Origin: an uncultured Gemmatimonadota bacterium
GTDB taxonomy: Bacteria > GCA-2686955
Direction: 5' to 3'
DNA length: 64,000 nucleotides
Assembly (NCBI GenBank): GCA_964490075.1
Contig: CAZBBK010000025.1
Location: forward strand, 1 to 64,000
In this document: piece by piece, positions 42,026 to 51,692 of the stretch
Numbering within the stretch: the first letter of the stretch is position 1
How the letters are laid out: the number at the start of each line of letters is the position of its first letter
Program-made: the position numbers and the translations under genes
Notes under the pieces: generated by a model
What the model saw: the letters and a program-made list of their open reading frames with translations, nothing else
What the model was told of the DNA's origin: nothing
Databases searched by the model: none

Positions 42026-43836
42026 GCGCTCTCCTCCAGGGCGCGCTCCAGGAGGGAGCGGGCGTGCAGGCGCGCGTAGAGGCCGCCGGCGGCGAGCAGG
42101 CTCTGGTGGTCGCCGGCCTCGGCGATGCGTCCGGCCTCCATCACCAGGATCGAGTCGGCGAATATGAGCGAGGTCGAACGGTGCGAGACCAGGATCGCGC
42201 TGCGGCCGCGCAGATGGGTCGCGAGGCGCTGCAGCACCTCGTCCTCGGTGGCGGCGTCGACCGCCGAGAAGGGATCGTCGAGGATCAGGAGCTCGGCATC
42301 GCAGGCCAGGGCCCGGGCCAGGGCGACGCGCTGGCGCTGGCCGCCCGAGAGGGCGCCGCCCCGCTCTCCGGCCGAAGTCTCGAAGCCGCGGCCGAGCTCG
42401 GAGGCGATCGACGCCAGCCCGGAGAGCGCGGAGACCTCGGCCAGCCGCCGCTCGCCGATCGGCTCGTCGCGACCGAAGCCGATATTGTCGCGGACGCTGC
42501 GCTGGAAGAGGAAGGCCTGCTGCGGAACCGCCGCGATGCGGCGCCGCAGCTCGGCCAAGGGCAGCTTCTCGATCTCGGTGCCGGCGAAGAGGATCGAGCC
42601 ACCGCTCGGGGGATACTCACGGCACAAGAGGGCCAGCAGGGTGCTCTTGCCCGAGCCGACCGGTCCGGTGATGCCGAGGATAGACCCCGCCGGCAGATCG
42701 AAGGAGACGCCTCGCAGAAGCGGCTGCTCGGCGCCGCCGGAGCCGAAGGAGAAGCTCAGATCCCGCACCGCGAGCAGAGGGGCCGCGCCGCCGGGCGCCG
42801 GGCCGGCGGGTTGTGAGCGAGCACCCGCGGCGACATCGACGACCTCGGGTCGGGTGCGCAAGATCTCGTCGAAGCGCCCCGCCGCGGCGCGCGCCCGCTG
42901 GATCAGGTTGAGGATCCAGCCGACCGCCATAGTCGGCCAGGCGGCCATCGCCAGGTAGCCGGTCGCGGCCACGAAATCGCCCAGGCTCAGCGCGCCGGTC
43001 GCCACCTTGCGTCCCCCGAGCCAGAGCACCACCAGGGCGCCCACCCCGCCCATCGCCGTGAACAGGGGCACCATCGCTCCGCGCGCCCGCACCAGATCGA
43101 GATGAGCCCGCAGGTAGGCGTCGTTGCTCATCCCGAAGCGCGTCACCGTCTCGGCCTCGGCGCCCAGCGTGCGCACCACCGAGAAGCCCGAGAGCCGCTC
43201 CGTCGCCAGCGCCGTCAGGTCGGCCAGCTTGCGCTGGGCGTCGAAGGTGCGCAGGTGCACCCGCCGCGTCACCTGGCGCACCACGCCGATCAGCAAGAGG
43301 TAGGGCAGGAAGGCCGAAACGGTCAGGCCGGGATCGATGCGCAGCATCATGGCGATCGAGAAGGCCAGCGCCGCCGCGGTGTTCATGACGTTCATCAGGC
43401 CGAAGCCGGTCAAGCCCCGCATCAGCTGCACGTCGCTGGTCACCCGGCTCAGCAGATCGCCCGAGCGGGCGCGGTCGAAGAAGGAGCGCGAGAGGCTCTG
43501 GATGTGGCCGTAGAGGGTCTCGCGGATGTCGGCCGACACCCGCCGGCTGGTGCCCAGGATGAAGATCCGCGAGCCGGTGCGCACGCCGGCCATCAGGGCG
43601 GCGACGGCGACGATCGAGGCGGCGATCGGCGCCACCGTCTGCCCGGCCTCGAGGCGCTCGATGATGCGCTTGATGAGCCAGGGGATGGAGGCGCCGAGGG
43701 CGTTGGTGATCAGCAGCAGCGTCAGCCCCGAGGCGTAGCGCAGCCGGTAGGGACGGACGTGGCTCAGAACGATGCGCAGGGGATCGGGGCGCGGGGCCGG
43801 TTCGGGTGCGGGCTCCTGCTCTGGCTCTCTGGTCAA
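42022..43836 (-). CDS. ABC exporter permease/ATP-binding subunit (heterodimer partner)
   Basis: GPVGSGKST, LSGGQRQR and degenerate Walker B LDDPFSAVD. TTG start overlaps the upstream stop. Confidence 0.92.
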   Translation of the reverse strand: MTREPEQEPAPEPAPRPDPLRIVLSHVRPYRLRYASGLTLLLITNALGASIPWLIKRIIERLEAGQTVAPIAASIVAVAALMAGVRTGSRIFILGTSRRVSADIRETLYGHIQSLSRSFFDRARSGDLLSRVTSDVQLMRGLTGFGLMNVMNTAAALAFSIAMMLRIDPGLTVSAFLPYLLLIGVVRQVTRRVHLRTFDAQRKLADLTALATERLSGFSVVRTLGAEAETVTRFGMSNDAYLRAHLDLVRARGAMVPLFTAMGGVGALVVLWLGGRKVATGALSLGDFVAATGYLAMAAWPTMAVGWILNLIQRARAAAGRFDEILRTRPEVVDVAAGARSQPAGPAPGGAAPLLAVRDLSFSFGSGGAEQPLLRGVSFDLPAGSILGITGPVGSGKSTLLALLCREYPPSGGSILFAGTEIEKLPLAELRRRIAAVPQQAFLFQRSVRDNIGFGRDEPIGERRLAEVSALSGLASIASELGRGFETSAGERGGALSGGQRQRVALARALACDAELLILDDPFSAVDAATEDEVLQRLATHLRGRSAILVSHRSTSLIFADSILVMEAGRIAEAGDHQSLLAAGGLYARLHARSLLERALEESA

Positions 43837-44789
43837 CAGTCCTCCCGCGACGCGCCGCTCTCGATCCCGGCGGGGACCAGGGCCTCGGATGCGGAAGGAC
43901 GAGCATCGGCCACCAGGTCGAAGACCGCAACCTCGGGACGGGCGTTGAAGCGGAAGGGGAAGACGCGCGTGGTGCCGACGCCGCGGTTCACGTAAAGCCG
44001 GCCGCCGCCCGCGAGCCGCTGCCAACCGTGCAGGTGGCGCGCCTCGAGGCGCCGGAAGAGGATCAGCGCGCTGACCAGCGGGATGCGGATCTGACCGCCG
44101 TGGGTGTGCCCGGCGAGCGCCAGGGTCCGCTCACCGCCGCCCAGCAGGTGGGCGCCCTCGCCGCTATGGCTGAGCACGATCCGTCCGCCGCCGGGGGCGC
44201 CCTCGCTCGCGCCGGCGCCGGAGCGCACCAGGTCGAGGCGCCCCGAGACGTGGTCCCCCAGCCCCACCAGAGTCAGATCCACGCCGCCGACCGTGAGCCG
44301 GCGCGACTGGTTGATCAGCACCTCGATCCCGGCCGCCCGCAGGCTGCGCACCAGGGCCGCCGTGTCGTTGGAGGTGGCGGGATTCTGGTTGTTGGTGAGC
44401 ACGTCGCGCCAGCTGTAGAAATAGTGGTCGTGGTTGCCGAGCACCGCGAACACCCCGGCGCGGGCCCGCAGCCGGCCCAGCTCGAGCGCGCAGGGCTCGA
44501 TCCCGCTGTCGCGGTCGATCAGGTCGCCCGCCACCACCACCAGGTCGGGGCGCAGGCGGTTGATCCGCTCGATCAGCGCGCTGCCCATCGAGAAGCCGGA
44601 GTAGAAATGGAGGTCGGAGAGCAGCACCACGCGCAGGGCGGCACCGGGTTCGGCCGGGTCGAGGCGATGGTCGACCGAGTGGCGGGTGAGCTGCCACCAG
44701 CGGCGCTCGATCGCGAAGCTCCACACGGCGGCCACAACGCCGAGAGCGGCGATCGAAATCAGGATCAGGAGGGGAATCGACATCGACAT
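43833..44789 (-). CDS. Metallophosphoesterase (YkuE-like)
   Basis: SDLH, GDLID, GNHD, GHTHGGQ and VNRGVG. Confidence 0.9.
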   Translation of the reverse strand: MSMSIPLLILISIAALGVVAAVWSFAIERRWWQLTRHSVDHRLDPAEPGAALRVVLLSDLHFYSGFSMGSALIERINRLRPDLVVVAGDLIDRDSGIEPCALELGRLRARAGVFAVLGNHDHYFYSWRDVLTNNQNPATSNDTAALVRSLRAAGIEVLINQSRRLTVGGVDLTLVGLGDHVSGRLDLVRSGAGASEGAPGGGRIVLSHSGEGAHLLGGGERTLALAGHTHGGQIRIPLVSALILFRRLEARHLHGWQRLAGGGRLYVNRGVGTTRVFPFRFNARPEVAVFDLVADARPSASEALVPAGIESGASREDC

Positions 44790-44909
44790 GACGAGGGTGG
44801 GTCGGAATGGGTCCGACCGGAACAGGGTAACTCGGGGCGCGGGGCTCCTGGTTGAGATCGGCGTTTTGGCGGGGGAGATGAATGGGTTCTGCTCTCGACG
44901 TCCCGGGCT

Positions 44910-45791
44910 TCAGGGCTGTCGGAGCCTGGCAGCGCGCTCAATCTCCACCTTCTTCAAAACAAATACATGACAAATCACCAATGGCCACCGCTCCCTGAAG
45001 ATCGGCCATGCGACACGATTGACGAGCTCGACAAAACGCAAGAGCAGACCGAGCAGACCCTTTCTCCTCGTGTTTGATGCCATCGTGATCTCAACGGCCT
45101 GAAACCCATTCCGCTCGGCTAGATTCACCATTCCTTGGCATGAAATGAGAGCCGTATGCCATGGAGGAGAGAAGGCGCCTCCCAAATCCGGCAGCTCTCC
45201 TTTGCTCTTGAATACTGTACCAGCAGTGGATGCAAAGTGTGCTGTAGGTTGAACAGAGATAAGATGACCATCATCTGTGAGCTTGTTGCGTGCCAAGCTC
45301 AGGAAATTGTCATGATCTACAAGATGTTCAAACACCGTGCACATGACGATTGCATCAAAAGCCCCATCAGGAAATGAGCTCAGGTCTCCGAAAGTGCTTG
45401 GGATGCCCTTCTTGTGACAATAGGCAACCATTTCCTTGGACTGGTCTACTGCTTCACACTGAATATCGTTGGCATTGAGCAACTCACAAAGCCCACCCCA
45501 TCCAGCTCCATAATCCAGCACTTTGCCATGGGGCGAGCGCTTTGCCACAGCACGTCTGATATCGCCCCATAGTTGTCTTCTTATCGCTTGTGATTCACCA
45601 GGAGATGCGCCGCTATGGCCGGATTTCGAGTATTCCTCTGCGTACAACACACTCAGCTCTTCCCTTGATGGAAGAGGGTTCAGTTGTATGGTGCCGCAAT
45701 CATCACATCTGAAATAGTCATATCCAGCGCGTCTTCCAAAGTGCTTCACTTTGGCAGAACCAGAGCAGATGAAGCAAGTTCCGACACTCAT
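44910..45791 (-). CDS. Class I SAM-dependent methyltransferase with N-terminal CxxC zinc ribbon, low GC
   Basis: CFIC...CDDCG, VLDYGAGWG, VFEHL and PPWH. Markedly AT-richer than its flanks. Confidence 0.85.
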   Translation of the reverse strand: MSVGTCFICSGSAKVKHFGRRAGYDYFRCDDCGTIQLNPLPSREELSVLYAEEYSKSGHSGASPGESQAIRRQLWGDIRRAVAKRSPHGKVLDYGAGWGGLCELLNANDIQCEAVDQSKEMVAYCHKKGIPSTFGDLSSFPDGAFDAIVMCTVFEHLVDHDNFLSLARNKLTDDGHLISVQPTAHFASTAGTVFKSKGELPDLGGAFSPPWHTALISCQGMVNLAERNGFQAVEITMASNTRRKGLLGLLLRFVELVNRVAWPIFRERWPLVICHVFVLKKVEIERAARLRQP

Positions 45792-45911
45792 TCGTAGATG
45801 GTAGCACGCATCGAGTCCCGTCGAAGCGGGACTTCCGAGTCGAGGCGATCCGGAGAATGTGCCAACCATTCCTTGACCGTCCCGCCACACTCCCCGACGA
45901 TTCCCCCCGCC

Positions 45912-46913
45912 ATGCGCATCCTCGCCCTCACCAATATGTACCCCTCGCCCCGGCGCCCCGCCCTGGGCACCTTCGTGGCGGATCAGGTGCGTGGGCTGGA
46001 GGCGATCGGCGTGGAGGTCGAGGTGCTGCTGGCGGACCGCCGGGGCGACGGGCGCGCGGCCTATCGCGGACTGGGGCGGCGGGTCGTGAAGCGACTGCGC
46101 GAAGGGCGCTACGACCTGGTGCACCCGATGTACGGCGGGGTCATGGCCGATGCGGTCACCCGCGCAGTGCGGGATCGGCCGGTGGTGGTCTCCTTCTGCG
46201 GCAGCGACCTGCTGGGACCGGCGCCGGGCATCGGGGCGCTGGCGAGCCTCTCGGTGCGCTACGGAGTGCGCGCCTCGCAGCGGGCCGCGGCGCGGGCGGG
46301 CGCGATCATCGTCAAGTCGGAGAACCTGCGCGCGGCGCTGCGGCGTCCCGAGGACCGCCGCCGCGCCCAGGTGATCCCCAACGGCGTCGACCTGGAGCGC
46401 TTTCGCCCGCTGCCCGCCGCCGCCTGCCGACGGGAGCTCGGCTGGAAGGGCGAGGGTCCCCACATCCTCTTCCCCGGCGACCAGGACAGCCACTGGAAGC
46501 GGCCGCGCCTGGCCCACGCCGCGGTCGCCGCCCTGCGCCGGCGCGGAATCGACGCCGAGCTGCACATGATGGCCGGCGTGCCCCATCGCGAGGTGCCGCG
46601 CTGGATGGGGGCCGCCGATCTGCTGCTCCTGACCTCGCTGCACGAGGGCTCGCCGAACGTGGTCAAGGAGGCGCTGGCCTGCGGGCTGCGCTGCGTGTCG
46701 GTCGACGTGGGCGATGTGCGGGAGCGCCTGCGGGGAGGCGCGTCCGGCCTGATGGCGGAGCCGCGCCCGGAAGACCTGGCGGCCAAGCTGGAAGGGCTGC
46801 TGCGCGCACCGCCCGCACCGCGCGAGCCCCTGGCGGGCATCGCCGAGCTCTCGCTCGAAGCCGTCGCCGCACGGATCCGCTCGGTCTACGAGACCGCGCT
46901 GAACGTGGCATGA
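45912..46913 (+). CDS. Glycosyltransferase family 4
   Basis: MRILALTNMYP, IPNGVDL and EGSPNVVKEALACG. Confidence 0.9.
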   Translation: MRILALTNMYPSPRRPALGTFVADQVRGLEAIGVEVEVLLADRRGDGRAAYRGLGRRVVKRLREGRYDLVHPMYGGVMADAVTRAVRDRPVVVSFCGSDLLGPAPGIGALASLSVRYGVRASQRAAARAGAIIVKSENLRAALRRPEDRRRAQVIPNGVDLERFRPLPAAACRRELGWKGEGPHILFPGDQDSHWKRPRLAHAAVAALRRRGIDAELHMMAGVPHREVPRWMGAADLLLLTSLHEGSPNVVKEALACGLRCVSVDVGDVRERLRGGASGLMAEPRPEDLAAKLEGLLRAPPAPREPLAGIAELSLEAVAARIRSVYETALNVA

Positions 46914-46920
46914 TTGCCGC

Positions 46921-48180
46921 ATGCGCATCCTCTACTGCAGCCAGTACTTCCCACCCGAGATCGGGGCTCCCGCGGCCCGCGCCCAGGAGATGGTGCGCCA
47001 CCTGAGCGCCGCCGGGCACGAGGTGACGGTGCTGACCGCCTTTCCCAACTACCCGAGCGGCAAGATCCAGGAGGACTACGCCGGGGCGCTGCTGCGCCGT
47101 GAGACGCTGGACGGCGCCCGGGTGCTGCGCAGCTTCGTCTGGACCGGCCCGCGCAAGAGCTTCGTAACCCGCCTGGGCAACTACCTCTCGTTCGCCCTCT
47201 CGTCGCTCCTGGCCGGGCTCATGCACTGCCGGGGGCGCTTCGACGTGGTGGTCGGCTCCTCGCCGCCGCTCTTCGTCGCGGCCATCGCATGGCTGCTGGC
47301 GCGCCGCCTGCGCGCGCGTTTCGTCTTCGACGTGCGCGACGTCTGGCCGGAGGCGGCGGTGGCGCTGGGCGAGCTCTCCAATTCGGCGCTGCGCCGCGCC
47401 AGCTTCGCGCTGGCCGACGGGCTCTACCGCCGGGCCGACCGCATCATCTGCGCCAATCCGGGCAACCGCGAGCTGATCGCGGCACGCCTTACCCCGGAGG
47501 CCGCGCGGCGCGCCCGCGTGGTCTCGAACGGCACCAACGTGGAGCTCTTTCGGGCGCTCGCCGAAGAGCCACGGACCACCGCGCGCCGCGAGCTCGGCTT
47601 CGAGGGCGATTTCGTCGTCGTCTACGCCGGCCTGCACGGCCTGATGTACGACTGGGACGCGGTGCTCGACGCCGCCGCGGCGCTGGGCGACGAGCCGCGG
47701 ATCCGCATGGTGCTGGTCGGCGACGGGCCGCTCAAGGCCGAGATCATCGAGTGCGCGCGCAGCCGCCGCCTCGCCAACATCCGCTTCGACCCCCCCCTGC
47801 CGGCGCCGCGAGCGGCGCGCCTGATCGCGGCGGCCGACCTCGGCATGCTCTCGATGCACGACCTCGACTTCTTCCGCCACACCGTGCCGGTCAAACTCTA
47901 CGACTACATGGCCTGCGGCCTGCCGGTGGTGCACTCGGCCGGCGGCTTCGCCCGCCAGCTCACCAAGCGCCACCGAGTCGGCCTCTGCTTCGATCCCGGC
48001 GACGGCGCCGGGCTGGCGGCGGCGATTCGCGAGCTCTGGCGGCGGCGCGCCGAGCTGCCGGCGATCGGCGCCCGGGGCCGCGAGCTGGTCGTGCGCCGCT
48101 TCGATCGGCGCCAGCTGGCGCGCCAGTTCGAGGCCGAGCTACAGGCCGCTGGCGGGGCGCGGGACCGAGGCGATCGATGA
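46921..48180 (+). CDS. Glycosyltransferase family 4 (WbuB-like)
   Basis: QYFPPEIGA, FPNYPSG, SSPPLF, DVWPE and PVKLYDYMACGLP. Confidence 0.9.
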   Translation: MRILYCSQYFPPEIGAPAARAQEMVRHLSAAGHEVTVLTAFPNYPSGKIQEDYAGALLRRETLDGARVLRSFVWTGPRKSFVTRLGNYLSFALSSLLAGLMHCRGRFDVVVGSSPPLFVAAIAWLLARRLRARFVFDVRDVWPEAAVALGELSNSALRRASFALADGLYRRADRIICANPGNRELIAARLTPEAARRARVVSNGTNVELFRALAEEPRTTARRELGFEGDFVVVYAGLHGLMYDWDAVLDAAAALGDEPRIRMVLVGDGPLKAEIIECARSRRLANIRFDPPLPAPRAARLIAAADLGMLSMHDLDFFRHTVPVKLYDYMACGLPVVHSAGGFARQLTKRHRVGLCFDPGDGAGLAAAIRELWRRRAELPAIGARGRELVVRRFDRRQLARQFEAELQAAGGARDRGDR

Positions 48181-49301
48181 AGATCCTGCAGCTGGTCGAC
48201 ACCCTGAGCTACGGCGGGCGCGAGCGGGTGCTGGTCGAGCTCGCCAACGAGCTGGCCGAGCGGGGGCATGCGGTGCAGGTCTGCGTCACCCGGCGCGTCA
48301 CCGACATGTGCGCCGAGCTGGACCGGCGGATCGAGTGGCGGGCGCTGCACCGGCGCGCCACCTTCGATCCCGGTCCGCTGCTCGCCCTGGCGCGCTGGAT
48401 TCGCGGGTCGGGCGTGGAGCTGGTGCAGGCCCACGGCTATCGGACCTTCGCCCTGGCCGCCTTCCTGCGCGCCCTGGGCCTGCTGCGGCTCCCGGTGATC
48501 TACCACGAGCACCACGGCGCAGCCGCGCAGCGCAGCGCCCCGCTGTGGCTCCGCCGCTGGGGCCGGCGCCACGTCGCCCGCTACGTGGCGGTCCACGCCG
48601 ATCAGCTCGCATGGGCCGAACGGGCCGGAATCGCGCCCGCGCGCACCCGTGTGCTCCCCAACGCCATCGATCTGACCCGCTTCGACCGCGCCGCGAGGAA
48701 GCTCGATCTGCGCGCCGAGCTCGGCATCGCGAGCGGCGATTCCCTCGCCATCACGGTCTCCAACATCCGCCCGGAGAAAGGGATCGATCTGTTGATCGAA
48801 GCGCTGGGCGCCGCCGAGGGACTGCCCCCGACGACGGTCGTGGTGGTCGGCGAGCCGGTCGATCGCCGCTTCGCCGAACGCTGTCGAGAGCAGGCCCGCG
48901 CGCTGCCGCCGGGCCGACGCATCGTCTGGGCCGGCGCCCGCCGCGACGTGCCGGCGCTGCTCGCCGCCGCCGACTTCGCGCTCATGCCCTCGCGCGTCGA
49001 GTCGGGACCGCTGGCGTCGATCGAGGCGCTCGCGGCCGGGTTGGCACTGGTCTCCTTCGACGTCGGCAGCGTGGCGGCCCAGGCCAAGGAGGCCGGCGTC
49101 CCCGGCTTCGTCCCCGCCGCGGACGTCGACCCCTTCGCCGCCGAGCTGCGCACCCTGGCCCTCGCCTCGCCGGAGCTTCGAGCGCGGCGCGGAGCGCTGG
49201 GGCGGCGCTGGGTGCGCGGGAACCACTCCCTGGCGCGCACGGTCGACCGCTGGGAGGCGCTCTACGACGAAGTGCTCGAGGAAGAGAGAGGCGGTCGATG
49301 A
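48177..49301 (+). CDS. Glycosyltransferase family 4
   Basis: GGRERV, NAID, EKGID and SRVESGPLASIEALAAG. Confidence 0.88.
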   Translation: MKILQLVDTLSYGGRERVLVELANELAERGHAVQVCVTRRVTDMCAELDRRIEWRALHRRATFDPGPLLALARWIRGSGVELVQAHGYRTFALAAFLRALGLLRLPVIYHEHHGAAAQRSAPLWLRRWGRRHVARYVAVHADQLAWAERAGIAPARTRVLPNAIDLTRFDRAARKLDLRAELGIASGDSLAITVSNIRPEKGIDLLIEALGAAEGLPPTTVVVVGEPVDRRFAERCREQARALPPGRRIVWAGARRDVPALLAAADFALMPSRVESGPLASIEALAAGLALVSFDVGSVAAQAKEAGVPGFVPAADVDPFAAELRTLALASPELRARRGALGRRWVRGNHSLARTVDRWEALYDEVLEEERGGR

Positions 49302-50398
49302 AACGCGTCGCACTGATCGCGGGGGCCCGTCCCAACTTCATGAAGGTGGCACCGATCCATCGCGCGCTGGCCCAGCGCGGCACCCTGGAGCCGGTCCTGA
49401 TCCACACCGGGCAGCACCGCGACGAAGCCATGTCGGACGTGTTCTTCGACGAGCTCGAGATTCCGCCGCCGAAGATCCACCTGCGGGGCGGCGGTGAAGG
49501 CGGCCACGGCGCCCAGACCGGACGGCTGATGATCGACCTGGAGCCGGCCTTGGAGGAATTGGCGCCGGCGCTGGTGGTGGTGGTGGGAGACGTGAATTCG
49601 ACTCTGGCAGCGGCGCTGGTGGCGAGCAAGCTTCACCTCCCCTTGGCCCACGTCGAGGCCGGGTTGCGCAGCAGCGACCGGAGCATGCCCGAAGAGATCA
49701 ACCGCATCCTGACCGACCAGCTTTCCGATCTGCTCTTCACCACCTGCGAGCAGGCGGCCGAAAACCTCCGGCGCGAAGGGATCGACGCGACCAAGATTCA
49801 CTTCGTCGGCAACGTGATGATCGACACCTTGCGGCGTGTTCAGGCGCGCGCGCGCTCGCGCCCCTTGCCGGGGCCGCTGGCGCAGAAGCCGCCGGATCTT
49901 CGCTTCGCGCTGGCCACCCTGCACCGTCCCACCAACGTCGACGACCCGCGCTCGCTCGACGCGCTCTTGGACATGCTCGCAGAGCTCTCGGCGCGCCTGC
50001 CGGTGCTGGTCCCCCTGCACCCGCGCACCGCGCGCGGCCTGAGCGCGGAGCGGCGCGCGAGCCTGCCGCCCGCTCTCCACCTGATCGAACCGCTCGGCTA
50101 CCTCGACTTCCTCACCGCGCTGGACCGCGCCGCCCTGGTCCTCACCGACTCCGGCGGGGTCCAGGAGGAGGCGGCGGTGCTCGGCACCCCCTGCCTCACC
50201 CTGCGCGACAACACCGAGCGCCCGGTCACGGTGGCCCTGGGCGGCAACCGGGTCGTGGGGCGAGCCCCGGCCCGCATCCTCGCCGCCGCCCACACCGCCC
50301 TCGACACGCCGCCCCCGCCGCCGGCCACGATCCCGCTCTGGGACGGCCGCGCCGCGCCGCGCATCGCGGCGCTGATCGAGGGTTATCTCGGGTCCTGA
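49298..50398 (+). CDS. wecB: UDP-N-acetylglucosamine 2-epimerase (non-hydrolysing)
   Basis: GARPNFMK, HTGQH, HVEAGLRS, PEEINR, TDSGGVQEE and TERP. Confidence 0.95.
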   Translation: MKRVALIAGARPNFMKVAPIHRALAQRGTLEPVLIHTGQHRDEAMSDVFFDELEIPPPKIHLRGGGEGGHGAQTGRLMIDLEPALEELAPALVVVVGDVNSTLAAALVASKLHLPLAHVEAGLRSSDRSMPEEINRILTDQLSDLLFTTCEQAAENLRREGIDATKIHFVGNVMIDTLRRVQARARSRPLPGPLAQKPPDLRFALATLHRPTNVDDPRSLDALLDMLAELSARLPVLVPLHPRTARGLSAERRASLPPALHLIEPLGYLDFLTALDRAALVLTDSGGVQEEAAVLGTPCLTLRDNTERPVTVALGGNRVVGRAPARILAAAHTALDTPPPPPATIPLWDGRAAPRIAALIEGYLGS

Positions 50399-50400
50399 GC

Positions 50401-50615
50401 GCGGAATCCGGTCACTACTCCCAACTCTCGTCGGAGAGATCCGGGTTGTGGCCGGATTCCGGCCCTAACTCGCCACTCTCGCGGAAGAGACCGGAGTTGT
50501 GGCCGGATTCCGGTCGTAGCTCGCCACTCTCGCGGAAGAGATCGGAGTCGTGACCGGAAACCGCGCCGAAACTCGCGACTCCGGCCACGGAAACAAGAGT
50601 TGTGACCGATGGCCG
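50401..50615. repeat. 51-bp tandem palindromic repeat array, same family as 3140-3494
   Basis: Units at 50413, 50464, 50515 and ~50566. Consensus C.CAACTCGCCACTCTCGCGGAAGAGA.CGGAGTTGTG plus the linker palindrome GCCGGATTCCGGC. Confidence 0.85.
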
Positions 50616-50722
50616 ACGGTGGCTCGCGGCTTCGGCGCTGCGCGGAGACCGACGCCATCGATTCCGACTCGAACAACCCAGAAAACCTCGGCGATCTCTG
50701 CGTCCTCTGAGGCCTCAGCCCT

Positions 50723-51670
50723 TCACTCCCCCCGAATCCGCCGCTCGGAGTCGCCCGCACCGCCCGGCCCGAGCAGCGCCAGGCGAATCAGCCCGGCGCC
50801 GCAGCGCAGCCGCGCCCGCCCCGCGCGCCCGCCTCGCAGCGGCACCACCAACACCCCCTCGACGAGGCGCGCCAGACCCGCCAGCGCGACCAGCGGCGCG
50901 ATCCGCCGCCACGACCCCCCGCGCAGTGCCCAGTAGACCAGCCAGCTACGCCAGTGCTCCACGTGGCGCGCGGCCGACCAGGCCGGCCCGGTGCCGCCCC
51001 CCCGGTGATCCGCCACCGCGCGCGGCTCGTACTCCACATCGCCGCCGAGCGCCCGCAGCCGATCGCAGAGATCGACATCCTCGCAGTAGAGAAAGAAGCG
51101 CTCGTCGAAGCCTCCCAGCTCGCGGAAGAGCGCGGCCGGCAGCAGCATCAGCGCCCCGCTGACCCAGTGCGGGCTGCACGCGAGCGCGCGCTCGGCGGAG
51201 ACCATCCGCAGCGCGCCCAGGGCCGGAATCCAGCGCGCCAGGGCGTCGAGGCGCAGCGCGATCAGCAGCAGATGACGCAGCGCCGGACGGCGCCCGAAGG
51301 AGAGCTCGTCGGCGCCATCGGGAGCGATCAGGCGCCCCCCGACCAGCGCCCGCGGCCCGGCCGCCCGCGCCCGCTCCCAGAGCGCCTCGACGGCCCCCTC
51401 CCGCAGCTCCGCGTCCGGATTGAGAAAGAGCAGGAGATCGCCGCCGGCCAACCGGGCACCGGCGTTGCAGCCGGCCGCGAAGCCGCGGTTGCGCTCGACT
51501 CGCACCAGGCGCACCCCCGGCGGAAGCGTGTCCTCGTTCACCCCCATCCCCTCGGCATGCCCGTGATCGACCACGATCAGCTCGCAGCCCGCCGGCACCG
51601 CGGCCAGCGCGGCGTGCAGCCGCTCGCGCGCGCCGTAGGCCACGACGATAACGCTAAGTTCTTTCCGCAC
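50723..51670 (-). CDS. Glycosyltransferase family 2
   Basis: NRGFAAGCN, LNPD, VSGA and GFDERFFLYCEDVDLC. Confidence 0.9.
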   Translation of the reverse strand: MRKELSVIVVAYGARERLHAALAAVPAGCELIVVDHGHAEGMGVNEDTLPPGVRLVRVERNRGFAAGCNAGARLAGGDLLLFLNPDAELREGAVEALWERARAAGPRALVGGRLIAPDGADELSFGRRPALRHLLLIALRLDALARWIPALGALRMVSAERALACSPHWVSGALMLLPAALFRELGGFDERFFLYCEDVDLCDRLRALGGDVEYEPRAVADHRGGGTGPAWSAARHVEHWRSWLVYWALRGGSWRRIAPLVALAGLARLVEGVLVVPLRGGRAGRARLRCGAGLIRLALLGPGGAGDSERRIRGE

Positions 51671-51692
51671 CAGTGCCTGCTATGCTGAAACG

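Noticed and set aside
44910-46928. 672-aa ORF as a single gene
   Set aside because: Only 44910-45791 encodes the methyltransferase. The upstream part is the antisense shadow of the GT4 gene.
50413-50615. 51-bp units as tandem attC sites (they contain AAC...GTT arms)
   Set aside because: The arms span only ~40 bp, shorter than known attC sites. They lack L boxes with extrahelical bases and have no ORFs between them.
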